Shown here: positions 9,946-20,670 of the stretch, one piece after another | Layout of the letters: each line of letters opens with the position of its first letter | Numbering within the stretch: position 1 is the stretch's first letter | From: Alphaproteobacteria bacterium | GTDB lineage: Bacteria > Pseudomonadota > Alphaproteobacteria > Bin95 | Reading direction: 5' to 3' | Assembly: GCA_964291285.2 (NCBI GenBank) | Contig: OZ219788.1 | Location: 732,973 to 796,972 of the forward strand | Length of the DNA stretch: 64,000 bases | The notes under the pieces: model-generated | Seen by the model: only the letters and a program-made list of their open reading frames with translations | Database searches by the model: none | Told to the model about the DNA's origin: nothing | Translations under genes and position numbers: made by a program

Positions 9946-11493
9946 ATGAGCGACCCGCTGGAGGAACTTGCGCGCCGCCGCGCCGTGGCCGAAGGACATG
10001 GCGGCGAGGCGAAGGTCGCCCGCCAGCGCCGGGCCGGCAAGCAGACGGCGCGCGAACGGGTCGCGATGCTCATGGACTCCGGCAGCTTCACCGAGATCGG
10101 CGGGCTTGCGACGCATGCGCCGACGCGCGTGACGCCGGTCAAGGACAAGCACACGCCCGCCGACGGGGTCGTGACCGGCTTCGGGCGGATCGAGGGACGC
10201 ATTGCCGGCGTGGTCGCCGAGGACTTCACCGTGCTGGGCGGCTCGCTCGGGCTGGTGAACTTCGCCAAGAAACACCGGATGATCGAACTGGCCCTGCGCG
10301 ACCGGGTGCCGCTGGTCTGGCTGTTCGACGGCGCGGGGGCGCGCACGGACGAATATATAGGCGAGGGGCTCGCGCCGATGCACCATTTCATGGATGTGGC
10401 GCGCCTCTCCGGCACGGCGCCGACGATCGCGGCGGTGCTGGGCCCGACGGCCGGGGACAGCTCCCTCCTGGCTTCCATGATGGAGTTCATCGTCATGGTG
10501 AAGGGGGAGGGCATGCTGGCGGCCGGCGGCCCGCCGCTCGTCGCCATGGGCACCGGCGAGCGCGTCTCCAAGGAGGAACTCGGCGGCTGGGAGGTCCATT
10601 GCCGGGTCTCGGGCGTGGCCGACAACGCCGCCGAGGACGAGGCCGATGCGATCCGGCAACTCAAGCGCTACCTCTCCTTCATGCCGGCCAATGCCTGGGC
10701 CTGGCCACCTGGGGCGGAACCGGCGCCCGCTCCCGACGATGCGGCGGGGACGCTGCGGAACCTCATACCGGCGAACCGGCGCCGGCCCTACGACATGAAG
10801 AAGGCCATTGCGGCGGTTTTCGACCGGGACAGCTTCTTCGAGCTGAAGCCGGACTATGCCCGCATGATGATTACCGGCTTCGCGCGCCTCGAGGGCCGGG
10901 CGGTGGCGGTTGCGGCGAACCAGCCGAAGGTGATGGCCGGCGCGATCACGGCCGCGGCCGGGTACAAGCTCCGCCGCTTCATCGACCTCGCCGCGGCCTA
11001 CCACCTGCCGGTCGTCTTCCTGACCGACACGCCGGGCGTGATGACGGGGCCGAAGTCGGAGCGGGAAGGGGCGCTCAGGGTCGGCATGGCGGTCGCCAGC
11101 AGCTTCGCCTTCGCCAACACGCCGCTGGTGACGGTGGTGCTGCACAAGGCGTTCGGCTACGGGGCCGCGGCAATGGGCGGCTATGGCGCGGAGCAGTCGG
11201 CGGTGCTCGCCTGGCCGACGGCGGACTTCAACGCCATCCCGCTGGAGAGCGGCATAAAGGCGGCCTACAAGGCGGAGCTTGAGGCGGCCGACGACCCCGA
11301 TGCGCTGTACGAACGGCTGGTGCGGGAATACGGCCGCCTCTGCGGCGCCTGGCCGGCGGCGGAAGCCATGAAGATCGACGACGTGATCGACCCGGCGGAA
11401 ACCCGCCCGCGCCTGGTCGAGGCGCTCGACCGCGCCGGAATGCGCCGCACCGGGGCCCCGGCTCCGACCCTGCGCCACGGTGTGATGCCGTGA
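9946..11493 (+). CDS. Acyl-CoA carboxylase carboxyltransferase (beta) subunit
   Basis: GKQTARERV, DFTVLGGS, DGAGAR, ANQP, DTPG, KAFGYG motifs. Confidence 0.9.
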   Translation: MSDPLEELARRRAVAEGHGGEAKVARQRRAGKQTARERVAMLMDSGSFTEIGGLATHAPTRVTPVKDKHTPADGVVTGFGRIEGRIAGVVAEDFTVLGGSLGLVNFAKKHRMIELALRDRVPLVWLFDGAGARTDEYIGEGLAPMHHFMDVARLSGTAPTIAAVLGPTAGDSSLLASMMEFIVMVKGEGMLAAGGPPLVAMGTGERVSKEELGGWEVHCRVSGVADNAAEDEADAIRQLKRYLSFMPANAWAWPPGAEPAPAPDDAAGTLRNLIPANRRRPYDMKKAIAAVFDRDSFFELKPDYARMMITGFARLEGRAVAVAANQPKVMAGAITAAAGYKLRRFIDLAAAYHLPVVFLTDTPGVMTGPKSEREGALRVGMAVASSFAFANTPLVTVVLHKAFGYGAAAMGGYGAEQSAVLAWPTADFNAIPLESGIKAAYKAELEAADDPDALYERLVREYGRLCGAWPAAEAMKIDDVIDPAETRPRLVEALDRAGMRRTGAPAPTLRHGVMP

Positions 11494-11554
11494 AAAGGGA
11501 TACTGTTTCTGACAGACCCGGCGGAATTCTGCGGCTTCCGGGCATTGTTGCGCG

Positions 11555-11758
11555 CTATACGAACGATATCGCGACGATGGTGAAAACCAGCGCAGCCGCA
11601 ATGATGTAGATCGCCTTCCGGACCGCCTTGAACTCCTGCAGGAAGTCCAGCCTCATCTCCTGCGACAGGGCAAGATCCTCATTCTGGCGGCGATTGAAGT
11701 ACACCATCGCTTCCTCAATGCGATCGAGGCGTTGCTCGGTGGTGGGGTCTTCGGCCAT
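11555..11758 (-). CDS. Small protein, coiled-coil plus C-terminal TM helix
   Basis: 67 aa; EQRLDRIEE heptads, hydrophobic tail IYIIAAALVFTIVAISFV; RBS AGAGGG upstream. Confidence 0.6.
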   Translation of the reverse strand: MAEDPTTEQRLDRIEEAMVYFNRRQNEDLALSQEMRLDFLQEFKAVRKAIYIIAAALVFTIVAISFV

Positions 11759-11944
11759 TCGTCATCCCTCTGCATGTTGGGGCTGGACGAAGATTGTTCT
11801 GATACACCCGGCACGATCCGGGAGCCCCGGAAGCATTTGAACGACAGAGTCTGACACATGCCGAGGGCAGGAGTCGAGGAGGCCCGCCGGTATGGAAACG
11901 CTGGTGGTGAGGTCCGGCGCTATCGTCGACGCAGTGCTCCCGCA

Positions 11945-13117
11945 TCAGGGCAGGCGGTATTTCTCGACGACTTCCTCATTGAGGGTAATACCGAGGCCCG
12001 GGCGGTCCTCCATCTCCAGACAGCCGTCCTCGAAGGACCTGATGGGCAGGTCGCACAACTCCGAGCGCAGCGGGTTGGGCTCGTCGCGGTTCCAGTCGCT
12101 CTGCATGTATTCGTAGATCAGGAAATTGGGCGCGTATGTCGCGAGATGCAGCGACACCGTCATGATGATGTTGGATGAGCTGCCGGTATGCGGGGCGTAC
12201 AGCACCCGGAAGGCGGACGCCATGTCGGCGATCTTCCGCGCCTCGGTGATGCCGCCGGCCCTCGCCGCGTCGTGCTGCACGATGTCTATGGCGTCGCGCC
12301 TGAAGAAGCGGGCGAAGCTGAAGCGGTTGAAGTCCGCTTCCCCGGTCGCGATGCGGATGCCGAGCCTTTCCCGCAGGAAGGCGTAGCCGTCGATGTCGTC
12401 CGGCGCCAGCGGCTCCTCGAACCAGTAGAGGCCAAGGGCTTCGAGCGCCTGGCCTACCTGGAGCGCGGTCTTGCGGTCGTGCCCGTAGCCGCAATTCGCG
12501 TCCGCCATGAGCGTGATGCCGTCGCCGGCATGGTCCCTGATCTGCTCGACGGTGCGGATTTCGCGCCGCCAGTCCATCGGGTCCCTGCCGATCTTGATCT
12601 TCATGGCGTTGAAGCCGCTGTCCTTGTGCGCGTCGATCTCCTCGCGGAGGATGCCGATGTCGCGCAGCCTGAGCGACGAGGCGTAGGCCCAGAGCTTCGG
12701 ATTGGTCCTGCCGCCGAGCAGCCGCCATACCGGGACCCCTGCCGACTTGCCCCAGATGTCCCAGAGCGCCGTGTCGATGCCCGCCATGGCCTCCAGGTAG
12801 AACCCCTTCTGGTGGCCCCGGTTCATCATCACGGACCAGAGCAGGTCCCAGAGATATTCGACGTCGCGCGGGTCCTTGCCGACCAGCAGCGGGGCGACAT
12901 AGCTGACGATATCCCTGAGCGCCGTCCCCGACAGCCGCGTCATGCACTCGCCGACGCCCTCAATGCCGTTGTCCGTGCGGATACGGACGATGACCGAGCG
13001 GTATTCCCGGAAAACGACCCCGGCAACCTCACCGGCCCGCGGCATACTGATCGGAGCCGCGATCGGCGTCTTCATCGGAACGGCAAGCGCGACGGCCTCG
13101 ACTTCCGCGATCTTCAT
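11945..13117 (-). CDS. Mandelate racemase/muconate lactonizing enzyme family (enolase superfamily)
   Basis: GIDTALWDIWGK, KIKIG, DAN, WFEEP, ATGE, APH motifs. Confidence 0.92.
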   Translation of the reverse strand: MKIAEVEAVALAVPMKTPIAAPISMPRAGEVAGVVFREYRSVIVRIRTDNGIEGVGECMTRLSGTALRDIVSYVAPLLVGKDPRDVEYLWDLLWSVMMNRGHQKGFYLEAMAGIDTALWDIWGKSAGVPVWRLLGGRTNPKLWAYASSLRLRDIGILREEIDAHKDSGFNAMKIKIGRDPMDWRREIRTVEQIRDHAGDGITLMADANCGYGHDRKTALQVGQALEALGLYWFEEPLAPDDIDGYAFLRERLGIRIATGEADFNRFSFARFFRRDAIDIVQHDAARAGGITEARKIADMASAFRVLYAPHTGSSSNIIMTVSLHLATYAPNFLIYEYMQSDWNRDEPNPLRSELCDLPIRSFEDGCLEMEDRPGLGITLNEEVVEKYRLP

Positions 13118-13167
13118 CGCCGTCTCCTTCCGGCGTCTTCGTCGCCCCCGGCGGGGAAGGTCTTCGT

Positions 13168-14034
13168 CTAGAGGCCGAAATCCTCCGGCTTCCCGTGCGC
13201 ATGGGCGAACGCCCGGTAGAGCTCCCGGGCCCGCCGCGCGACCGGTCCGGGCTGGTAGTCGCGGTCCTCGATACGGCTTGCGGGGACCACCTTCGGCGCA
13301 TTGCCGGTCGCGAAGACCTCATCGGCCTCCATCAGCTCGTCCAGTTCGACGGTCCGTTCGGCGACCTCGTGGCCGTCCTTGCGCAACAGCCCGATCATCC
13401 GCTGGCGGGTGATGCCGTTGAGGAAGGTGCCGTTGTCGGCGGGCGTGGCGACCTTGCCGTCGCGGACCATGAACAGGTTGGCGGTCGCGAATTCGGCCAC
13501 CTTGTCGTCGGGGTCGAGCACCACGGCGGTCGAGAAGCCGCGCTGCCGCGCCTTGCGGATCATCCGCTGCACGTTCGGATAGAGGCACGACGCCTTGGCG
13601 TCCGTCGGCGCCATGGAGGGGCGCGGCCGGCGTTCTTCGGCAACGGCCGCGGTTACGGTCTCGTCGGGCGCGGGCAGCGGCAATTCGAACAGAGTGAGCA
13701 TGAAGCGCGTCGAGTCCGCCTCCGGCTCCACGAAACCGTCATCGGCCCAGAACAGCGGGCGGATATAGAGCTCCGTCCCCTCCGGGAAGCGCCGCACGCC
13801 CTCGACGGCGAGCCTGGCGATCTCCCCGGCCTCGATCTTCGGGGCGAGGCCGAGCGCGCGCGCTGAGTCGATGGCGCGCCGGGCGTGGCGGTCAAGGTCC
13901 GGCATGACGCCCTCGAAGGCACGCGCGCCGTCGAAGGCGACCGAAGCCATCCAGGCCCCGTGCGTCATCGGCCCGAATACCGGCGGGTTGCCGGCGTGCC
14001 AGACCCCGTCGAGCCAGGTTTGCGGCTCCATCAC
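13168..14034 (-). CDS. ilvE: Branched-chain amino acid aminotransferase (class IV)
   Basis: FDGARAF, LYIRP, AKASCLYPN, EFATANLF, FLNGITR motifs. Confidence 0.85.
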   Translation of the reverse strand: MMEPQTWLDGVWHAGNPPVFGPMTHGAWMASVAFDGARAFEGVMPDLDRHARRAIDSARALGLAPKIEAGEIARLAVEGVRRFPEGTELYIRPLFWADDGFVEPEADSTRFMLTLFELPLPAPDETVTAAVAEERRPRPSMAPTDAKASCLYPNVQRMIRKARQRGFSTAVVLDPDDKVAEFATANLFMVRDGKVATPADNGTFLNGITRQRMIGLLRKDGHEVAERTVELDELMEADEVFATGNAPKVVPASRIEDRDYQPGPVARRARELYRAFAHAHGKPEDFGL

Positions 14035-14810
14035 TCGTTCCGCCAGACGGGCGGGCGCTTTTCGGCGAACGCCTTCGGGCCCTCGATATAATCGGCGCTG
14101 CCGATCAGCACATGCTGCTCCTCATAGGTGCGCGCAATGGCCGTCTGCAGGGTTGCCTCGTTCATGCCGGCATAGACCGCCTCCTTGGAAGCGCGAATCG
14201 AGATCGGCGCGCATTCCAGGATCTGTTCGGCCCAGCGCCGGGCGCCCGCCACGGCCTCGCCTTCGGGCACGACCTCGTTGACGAAGCCGAGCTCCCTGCC
14301 TTCCTCCGCGCCGACGCGCCGCCCGGTCAGGATCATGCCGAGCGCCCGCTTCTGGCCGATGATCCGGGGCAGGCGGTGGACGCCGCCGGCGCCCGCCATG
14401 AGGCCGACGCGCGGCTCCGGCAGGGCGAAGACCGCGTTTTCGGCCGCAATAATCAGGTCGCAGGCGAGCGCGGTCTCGAAGCCGCCACCCATCGCGAAGC
14501 CGTTGACGGCGGCGATGACGGGCTTGTTGAGGTCGTAGCGGTCGGTGAGGCCGGCAAAGCCGGTCGGGCAGCGCTTGCGCACATTGCCCTCGGCCTGGAA
14601 GCGCAGGTCGTTGCCGGCGCAGAACGCCTTGTCGCCGGCGCCGGTGACGATGGCCACCCAGAGCTCGGGGTCGGCGTCGAACTCGTCCCAGACCTCCGCA
14701 AGCTCGAAATGCGCCGGCCAGTGCAGCGCGTTGTAGCGCTCGGGGCGGTTCAGGGTGACGATCAGCAGGCGCCCGTCGCGCTCGACGGTGCAGTATTCGC
14801 GCTCGGCCAT
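14031..14810 (-). CDS. Enoyl-CoA hydratase/isomerase (CaiD-like)
   Basis: FCAGNDL, KPVIAAVNGFAMGGGFE, LPEPRVGL motifs. Confidence 0.92.
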   Translation of the reverse strand: MAEREYCTVERDGRLLIVTLNRPERYNALHWPAHFELAEVWDEFDADPELWVAIVTGAGDKAFCAGNDLRFQAEGNVRKRCPTGFAGLTDRYDLNKPVIAAVNGFAMGGGFETALACDLIIAAENAVFALPEPRVGLMAGAGGVHRLPRIIGQKRALGMILTGRRVGAEEGRELGFVNEVVPEGEAVAGARRWAEQILECAPISIRASKEAVYAGMNEATLQTAIARTYEEQHVLIGSADYIEGPKAFAEKRPPVWRNE

Positions 14811-14863
14811 GGGGGCCCTCCCTCGAAGTCGGAGAGATTATAGCCCCCGCCGCCGCCCTGTCG

Positions 14864-16126
14864 TCACCGCCGGGGCGGCGTGATGCGGATGGTCGCAATC
14901 TGCTGGCGGTTGCGGCGCAGCACCTCGAAGCGGAAGCCGTGGACGTCGAAGGCCTGGCCGGGCGTGGGAATGCGCCGCGACTCGCGCAGCAGCAGGCCGG
15001 CGAGAGTCGTGGCGTCCTGGTCCGGCAAGGTCCACTCGAACTCGCGGTTGAGGTCCCGGATGGTCACCCCGCCGCTGCAGATATAGGAGCCGTCGGGCTG
15101 GGCGCGTACGCCCGGCACCGCGACATCGTGCTCGTCCGCGATGTCGCCGACGATCTCCTCCAGGATGTCCTCCAGCGTCACCAGCCCCATCAGCGCGCCG
15201 TATTCGTCCACGACGAGGGCGAAATGCTCCCGCCGGCGCCGGAAGGCGTGCAGCTGGTCGAGCAGGGTGGTCTGCTCCGGGATGAACCAGGGCTTCGCCG
15301 CAAGCGCGGCCGCATCGAGGCCCGCCGCACCCGTTTCGTGCAGGGCCCGCAGGACGGCCTTGGCGTGCAGCACGCCGACGATGTTGTCCGGGTCGTCGCG
15401 CCAGAGCGGCAGGCGCGTATAGGGGCTGGCCAGCACCTGGGCCACGACCTCCTCCGGCGGAAGCGAGAGGTCCACGATCGTCATGTTGCTCCGGTGCGTC
15501 ATCACTTCGCCGACGGAAACATCGCCGAGGTCCAGCACGCTGCGCAGCATCCGCCGTTCGTCGCGGATTTCCTCGCCCTCGCCGCGGTGCAGCTCGATTG
15601 CGCCCCGGAGCTCCTCCTCATGCTCCTCGGACCCGGCCACCGGCGTCTCCGCAATGCCGAACAGGCGCAGGACACTGCGCACGACCCACTGGATCGCACG
15701 CGCCGGCGGCCCGGCCACCCGGACCAGAAGGGCGATCCACGGCGCGACTGCGGGCGCCACCTGGTCGGCGCGGTTGAAGGCGTAGGTCTTGGGCAGCACC
15801 TCGGCGAAGACCAGGATCAGCAGCGTCATCGCTGCGGTCGCATAGGCGACCCCGGCTTCTCCGAACAGGCCGATCAGGAGGCTTGTCGCAAGCGACGCTG
15901 CGAGAATGTTGACCAGGTTGTTGCCGAGCAGGATTGCCGCAATCAGCCCTTCCCGGTCGGCGCGAAGCCGGCGCACGGCGGCGGCTCCGGCATCGCCCCG
16001 CCGTGCACGGTGGTGCATGCGCGCGCTGCTGACGGCCGTCAGCGCCGTCTCGGACCCGGAGAAGAACGCCGAGAGCACCAGCAGCGCCAGTATGGCGCCG
16101 ACGATGATCCAGAATTCCAGCGTCAT
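14864..16126 (-). CDS. HlyC/CorC (CNNM) family transporter
   Basis: [21 protein letters not shown] pair (VVDEYG...[12 protein letters not shown]), CorC C-terminus. Confidence 0.92.
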   Translation of the reverse strand: MTLEFWIIVGAILALLVLSAFFSGSETALTAVSSARMHHRARRGDAGAAAVRRLRADREGLIAAILLGNNLVNILAASLATSLLIGLFGEAGVAYATAAMTLLILVFAEVLPKTYAFNRADQVAPAVAPWIALLVRVAGPPARAIQWVVRSVLRLFGIAETPVAGSEEHEEELRGAIELHRGEGEEIRDERRMLRSVLDLGDVSVGEVMTHRSNMTIVDLSLPPEEVVAQVLASPYTRLPLWRDDPDNIVGVLHAKAVLRALHETGAAGLDAAALAAKPWFIPEQTTLLDQLHAFRRRREHFALVVDEYGALMGLVTLEDILEEIVGDIADEHDVAVPGVRAQPDGSYICSGGVTIRDLNREFEWTLPDQDATTLAGLLLRESRRIPTPGQAFDVHGFRFEVLRRNRQQIATIRITPPRR

Positions 16127-17238
16127 GCCGCCAGCGCCTCGTCGAGCAGGGCGGCAAGTTTCTCTTCCTCCACATCGCGGTGGACGAAGGCGCGGCCGAT
16201 GCCGCGGGCCAGCACCAGAACGATGCGGCCGGCTTCCGCCTTCTTGTCGCGGCGCATCCGCTCGACCAGTGCGTCCCGGCGCGCCTGCGAGGCATTGGCG
16301 CCCGGCGGGTCCACGGGCAGGTCCGCACCGGCGAGATGCGCCCGCATACGGGCAAGGTCCTCCGCCGGGCAGAGCCCCAGCCGCACGGACATCCGGAAGG
16401 CGAGCGCCATGCCCAGCGAAACCGCCTCGCCATGCAGCAGCGCATCGCCGAAACCGGCCTCCGCCTCGAAGGCATGCCCGAAAGTATGGCCCAGATTGAG
16501 CAGGGCGCGGCGTCCGGCCTCGCGCTCGTCCGCGGCCACGACATCGGCCTTCGCCTCGCAGCTTGCGGCGATGGCGTGGGCGAGTGCGTCGTCTTCGCGC
16601 GCCAGCACCCGCGCGCCGTTCTCCTCCAGCCAGCGGAAGAAGTCCGGCCGGTCGATCAGGCCGTATTTCGCGACTTCCGCATAGCCGGCCCGGAGTTCAC
16701 GGTCGGGCAGGGTGGCGAGCGAGGTCGTATCCGCGAGCACGAGGCGCGGCTGGTGGAAGGCTCCGACCAGATTCTTGCCCTGCGGCGTGTCGATGGCCGT
16801 CTTGCCGCCGACGGCGCTGTCCACCTGGGCAAGCAGGGTCGTGGGAATCTGCACATAGTCTATGCCGCGCAACAGGATCGCGGCCGCGAAGCCTGCAAGG
16901 TCTCCCACCACGCCGCCGCCGAGCGCCAGGATGCAGCCGCCCCGGTCGAGCCCTGCATCCAGCAGCCGGTTCAACAGGTCTTCCAGGTGGCGGAAGGACT
17001 TTGTCGCCTCGCCGGGCGGCAGCACGACGGGCGCAAACGCGATGCCCGCGGCGTCAAGGCCGGCCGCCAGCCGCGGAAGATGATGCGCGGCGACATTCCC
17101 GTCCGTGACGACCGCGACGCGGCGGCGCTTGAGCACCGGCAGCAGCCAGTCGCCCGCGCGCTCCATCAGCCCGGGTCCGGCCAGAATGTCGTAGCTGCGC
17201 TCGCCGAGGTCGACCTGGATCTTCCGTAGCGGATTCAT
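16123..17238 (-). CDS. aroB: 3-dehydroquinate synthase
   Basis: [49 protein letters not shown] motifs; ATGA overlap with aroK. Confidence 0.97.
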   Translation of the reverse strand: MNPLRKIQVDLGERSYDILAGPGLMERAGDWLLPVLKRRRVAVVTDGNVAAHHLPRLAAGLDAAGIAFAPVVLPPGEATKSFRHLEDLLNRLLDAGLDRGGCILALGGGVVGDLAGFAAAILLRGIDYVQIPTTLLAQVDSAVGGKTAIDTPQGKNLVGAFHQPRLVLADTTSLATLPDRELRAGYAEVAKYGLIDRPDFFRWLEENGARVLAREDDALAHAIAASCEAKADVVAADEREAGRRALLNLGHTFGHAFEAEAGFGDALLHGEAVSLGMALAFRMSVRLGLCPAEDLARMRAHLAGADLPVDPPGANASQARRDALVERMRRDKKAEAGRIVLVLARGIGRAFVHRDVEEEKLAALLDEALAA

Positions 17239-17786
17239 CGGCTGCTCTCCGCGCGCCCGTCGGCCAGATAGCCTGCGCCGCGCAATGCGTCCTCCACGAG
17301 CGCAACGGTCTCCTCGGCCGGACCCGCCTGGCTCATCACGGTGAGCTCGGCGAGCCCGTAAACCGGGTAGCGTTGCTCGATGAGTTCGGCAAGGGTGCGC
17401 TGCGGGTCCGCAGTCTTGAGCATCGGGCGGTTGGAGCGCCGGGACACGCGCTCCCAGAGCACGTCGAAATCCGCCTTCAGCCAGACCGAAACCGCGTTCT
17501 CCGCGATGACAGCGCGCGTGGAGGGGTTCTGGAAGGCGCCGCCGCCGGTGGCCAGCACATGCGCCGGGCCGCTCAGCAGCCGGGCGATCACCTTGCGCTC
17601 GCCTTCGCGAAAGGCGGCCTCGCCCTGCGTTTCGAAAATATCCTCGATGGAGCAGCCGGCCCCCTCCTGGATTTCGTTGTCGGCATCGATGAAGGCGAGG
17701 CCCTGGCGTTGGGCCAGCAGCCGGCCGACCTTGGTCTTGCCGGCGCCCATCATGCCGATCAGTGCGACGGTTCTGGTCAGACTCAT
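17235..17786 (-). CDS. aroK: Shikimate kinase
   Basis: GMMGAGKT Walker A, GEAAFR, ATGGG, RPML; directly upstream of aroB. Confidence 0.96.
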   Translation of the reverse strand: MSLTRTVALIGMMGAGKTKVGRLLAQRQGLAFIDADNEIQEGAGCSIEDIFETQGEAAFREGERKVIARLLSGPAHVLATGGGAFQNPSTRAVIAENAVSVWLKADFDVLWERVSRRSNRPMLKTADPQRTLAELIEQRYPVYGLAELTVMSQAGPAEETVALVEDALRGAGYLADGRAESSR

Positions 17787-17934
17787 GGACGGCATTCCCG
17801 GGATATGGGCGCTTGCGGCGGAAAGCAAAGCCTTGCTTTTGCCGCATTCGCGCCTTTGAACGGTTTTCGCTAGAATCGCATTATCGGGAATGAGCGCCGG
17901 ACCGCCACCCCGGAGGCGAAAGCGAGGAAGGGTT

Positions 17935-18084
17935 ATGGACGCTCGGAGACTGTTCCTGAACCTGCTGTTCGGGTTTGTGGGCGCGGCGGTCGTGGCGGCG
18001 CTGCTCTATTTCGGACTCGTGGACTCGCTCCCGCCGGAAACGACGGTGGAGAAGGTGTTGCCGGATGACCGTTTCCCTCGCTAG
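17935..18084 (+). CDS. Small membrane protein
   Basis: 49 aa, one TM helix, EKVLPDDRF tail; located at the head of the xerD operon. Confidence 0.6.
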   Translation: MDARRLFLNLLFGFVGAAVVAALLYFGLVDSLPPETTVEKVLPDDRFPR

Positions 18085-19771
18085 GGCGCTGGTCTGCGGG
18101 CTCGCCGCCGGTTTCATGGCCGCAACCGCCGCAGCCGAGGACAGGCGCGCGCCGATCCGGCTCATTCCGGCTGACCTTCCACGCGCAGCCGAAACGAAAG
18201 AGGAACCGGCAGCACAATTGCAGCAGCAGGAAACACAGGCCGCGCAGGGGCCGACGGTCCTGGTTGCGCTGGCCAAACCGAGCGATCCCGATTCGGCCGG
18301 GCTGCCGGGTTTCGAGGGCGGATTCGGTCTGCCGCTCTGGCGGGGCAGTTCGAGGGTGGCGGTTGCCCGGCTGCTCGAGGGCTTGCCGCAGGCCGTCGCT
18401 TCGCCTTCGCTCAGGGATGTGCTGTTCCGGGTTCTGGCGGCCGGCGCGGCACCGCCCGAGGGCGAGGGGCCGCGGCTGGCGCCCTTGCGGGTCCGGCTGT
18501 TCCAGACTCTCGGCCGTGACCGGGAAGCGGCGTTGCTTGCCGAGGCGGCGGGGCTCGAGACGCCACCCCCTTCGGCCGGCTCCGCGGCTGTCGATCCCGC
18601 CCTGGCGTCGGGCGATCTCGAGGCAGCCTGCGAAGCGGCGAATGCGGAGATGGTGCGCGCGCCTTCGGCCTATGTGCAGCGCGCAGCGGCATTCTGCGCC
18701 GCCAGGGCCGGGGAGGCGGACCGCGCGCACCTAATCCTCGACATCCTTCGCGAGATCGATGCAGGCGGAGACCCGTTGTTCGATGGACTGATGCTGCGCG
18801 CGCTGGCCGCGGCCAGGGAGAACGCGCCGCCATTACCGGATGACGGCCCGGTTACCGCGCTCAATGTGGCAATGCTGTCATGGCTCGGCGAGGCGCCGCC
18901 GGAAGTCTGGAAGCTGCGCAGCGACCCGGCAGCGGCACGCCTGCGGGCGAGGCTGGCCCAGACGGAGGCGGAAGCCGAACAGGCCGCCAGGGACGGCCTC
19001 CTGGAGCCCAGGGCGCTGCTGGCCTCGTATCTCCGCGGCGCCGAAACCGAAAACTCCCGCGCCCGGCTCGCGCAGGCGGCGATGGCGGCGACGGACCCGC
19101 AGCAGAGGATGCAGGCGTTGGCGCCGCTCTGGCAGGACGCGCTTGCAGCGGGGCTGCTGGTGCCCGTGGCGGGCGCGACCATCGAACTCGCGGCCGATAT
19201 CGTTCCATCGCCGGAACTGGCGCCGCATACCTCGATCGCCGTATTTGCCGCGCTCGCGGTGGGCCGCTTCGACATTGCGGAGCGGTGGTATGTTGCCGCA
19301 GTGGAGCGAGGCGCCGAGAGCGAAACGGACAACAATCGCGCGATGCTTGCCTGGGCGCCGATGAAGCTTGCCGATACCGGGGACAGAATGTCCTGGGCCG
19401 AGGACGGATTGCAGCGCTGGCTCGAAGCAGGCGGCGATGAACCTCCCTATTCGCGCGCCGCCATGCTGTTCGCGCTGATGGAAGCGGTAGGCGAGCCGGT
19501 CCGCCAGCAGGACTGGACGATCCTGCTGACGGACCTCCAGCGCGTAGCCGGTGAATTCCCGGCTCCGGTCGTCTGGCGGGGGCTCGACGCGGCAGGCAAG
19601 GGCGGGCGGATCGGCGAGGCCGTTCTTTACGCCGTCATCGCGTCAGGCGGCCGGGCCCGGGGCGACATGCCGACCGCCGTTGCCGTGGTCCGGGCACTCG
19701 CGGCCGTAGGACTGGCGGCGGAGGCGCGGGCCTATGCGTTCGAGTGCCTTGTCGAGGCCGCGGCGCTGTGA
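18065..19771 (+). CDS. Conserved hypothetical exported protein upstream of xerD
   Basis: Signal peptide-like N-terminus, GFGLPLWRGS and GRIGEAVL segments; GTGA overlap with xerD. Confidence 0.75.
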   Translation: MTVSLARALVCGLAAGFMAATAAAEDRRAPIRLIPADLPRAAETKEEPAAQLQQQETQAAQGPTVLVALAKPSDPDSAGLPGFEGGFGLPLWRGSSRVAVARLLEGLPQAVASPSLRDVLFRVLAAGAAPPEGEGPRLAPLRVRLFQTLGRDREAALLAEAAGLETPPPSAGSAAVDPALASGDLEAACEAANAEMVRAPSAYVQRAAAFCAARAGEADRAHLILDILREIDAGGDPLFDGLMLRALAAARENAPPLPDDGPVTALNVAMLSWLGEAPPEVWKLRSDPAAARLRARLAQTEAEAEQAARDGLLEPRALLASYLRGAETENSRARLAQAAMAATDPQQRMQALAPLWQDALAAGLLVPVAGATIELAADIVPSPELAPHTSIAVFAALAVGRFDIAERWYVAAVERGAESETDNNRAMLAWAPMKLADTGDRMSWAEDGLQRWLEAGGDEPPYSRAAMLFALMEAVGEPVRQQDWTILLTDLQRVAGEFPAPVVWRGLDAAGKGGRIGEAVLYAVIASGGRARGDMPTAVAVVRALAAVGLAAEARAYAFECLVEAAAL

Positions 19772-20670
19772 GCATCAGCGCTCTCAACGCCTTCCTCGAG
19801 GCGCTGGTGGTCGAACGGGGAGCGGCGGCCAACACCGTTGCCGCATATCGCCGCGACCTCGAAGACGCGGAAGCGTCGCTCGGCACCGGCCTGGAAGAGG
19901 CCGGGGAAGCGGACCTGCGCCGCTATCTTGCCAATCTGCTGAAAACGGGACTGTCGCCCCGGACGGTTTCGCGGCGGCGCTCGGCGCTGCGCCAGTTTTT
20001 CCTGTTCTGCGCGGCGGAGGGTTACCGGGAGGACAATCCGGCCGACCGGCTCGATGCGCCCAGGACCGGCCGGCCGTTGCCGCGCCATCTCGGAGTCGAG
20101 GAGGTGGGCAGGCTGATCGAAGCCATCGAGAGCCAGGACGGCCCTGCGCAACTCAGGCTCTATTGCATCGTGGAGCTGCTCTACGGCGCGGGCCTGCGCG
20201 TGTCGGAACTTGTCGGCCTCGCCCTGTCGGATGTGCCGCCCGGACGCGTCTGGCTGACCGTGCGGGGCAAGGGCGGGCGCGAACGGGTCGTGCCCCTGGG
20301 CCGCCCGGCGCGCGCCGCCATCGATGCCTGGACCAAGGTCCGCCCGCATTATGTCGGCGGGAGCCGGCAGTCGCGCTGGCTGTTCCCGTCCGCCAGCAAG
20401 GAGGGCCATCTGACGCGGCGGCGCATCGGCCAGCTGCTGGACGGGCTGGCGGTTCGCGCGGGACTGGACCGGCGCCGGGTATCCCCGCATGTCATGCGCC
20501 ATGCCTTCGCGTCGCACCTGCTGCAGGGCGGGGCCGACCTGCGCAGCCTCCAGCAATTGCTCGGCCACGCCGACATCGCGACGACGCAGATCTATACCCA
20601 TGTCGTGGACGACCAGTTGCGTCGTGCGGTCTTCAACCATCATCCGCTGGCAGCGAGGAATGACTCCTGA
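19768..20670 (+). CDS. xerD: Tyrosine recombinase XerD
   Basis: LYGAGLRVSEL, GKGGRER, SPHVMRHAFASHLL, LLGHADIATTQIY motifs; aroK-xerD-accA context. Confidence 0.92.
   Translation: MSISALNAFLEALVVERGAAANTVAAYRRDLEDAEASLGTGLEEAGEADLRRYLANLLKTGLSPRTVSRRRSALRQFFLFCAAEGYREDNPADRLDAPRTGRPLPRHLGVEEVGRLIEAIESQDGPAQLRLYCIVELLYGAGLRVSELVGLALSDVPPGRVWLTVRGKGGRERVVPLGRPARAAIDAWTKVRPHYVGGSRQSRWLFPSASKEGHLTRRRIGQLLDGLAVRAGLDRRRVSPHVMRHAFASHLLQGGADLRSLQQLLGHADIATTQIYTHVVDDQLRRAVFNHHPLAARNDS

Noticed and set aside
16123-17847. 574-aa extended AroB or AroK-AroB fusion
   Set aside because: The extension is an alternative frame over aroK; the two genes are separate with an ATGA overlap
19768-20670. Tyrosine recombinase as an island integrase
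   Set aside because: Length, motifs and aroK-xerD-accA context indicate chromosomal XerD
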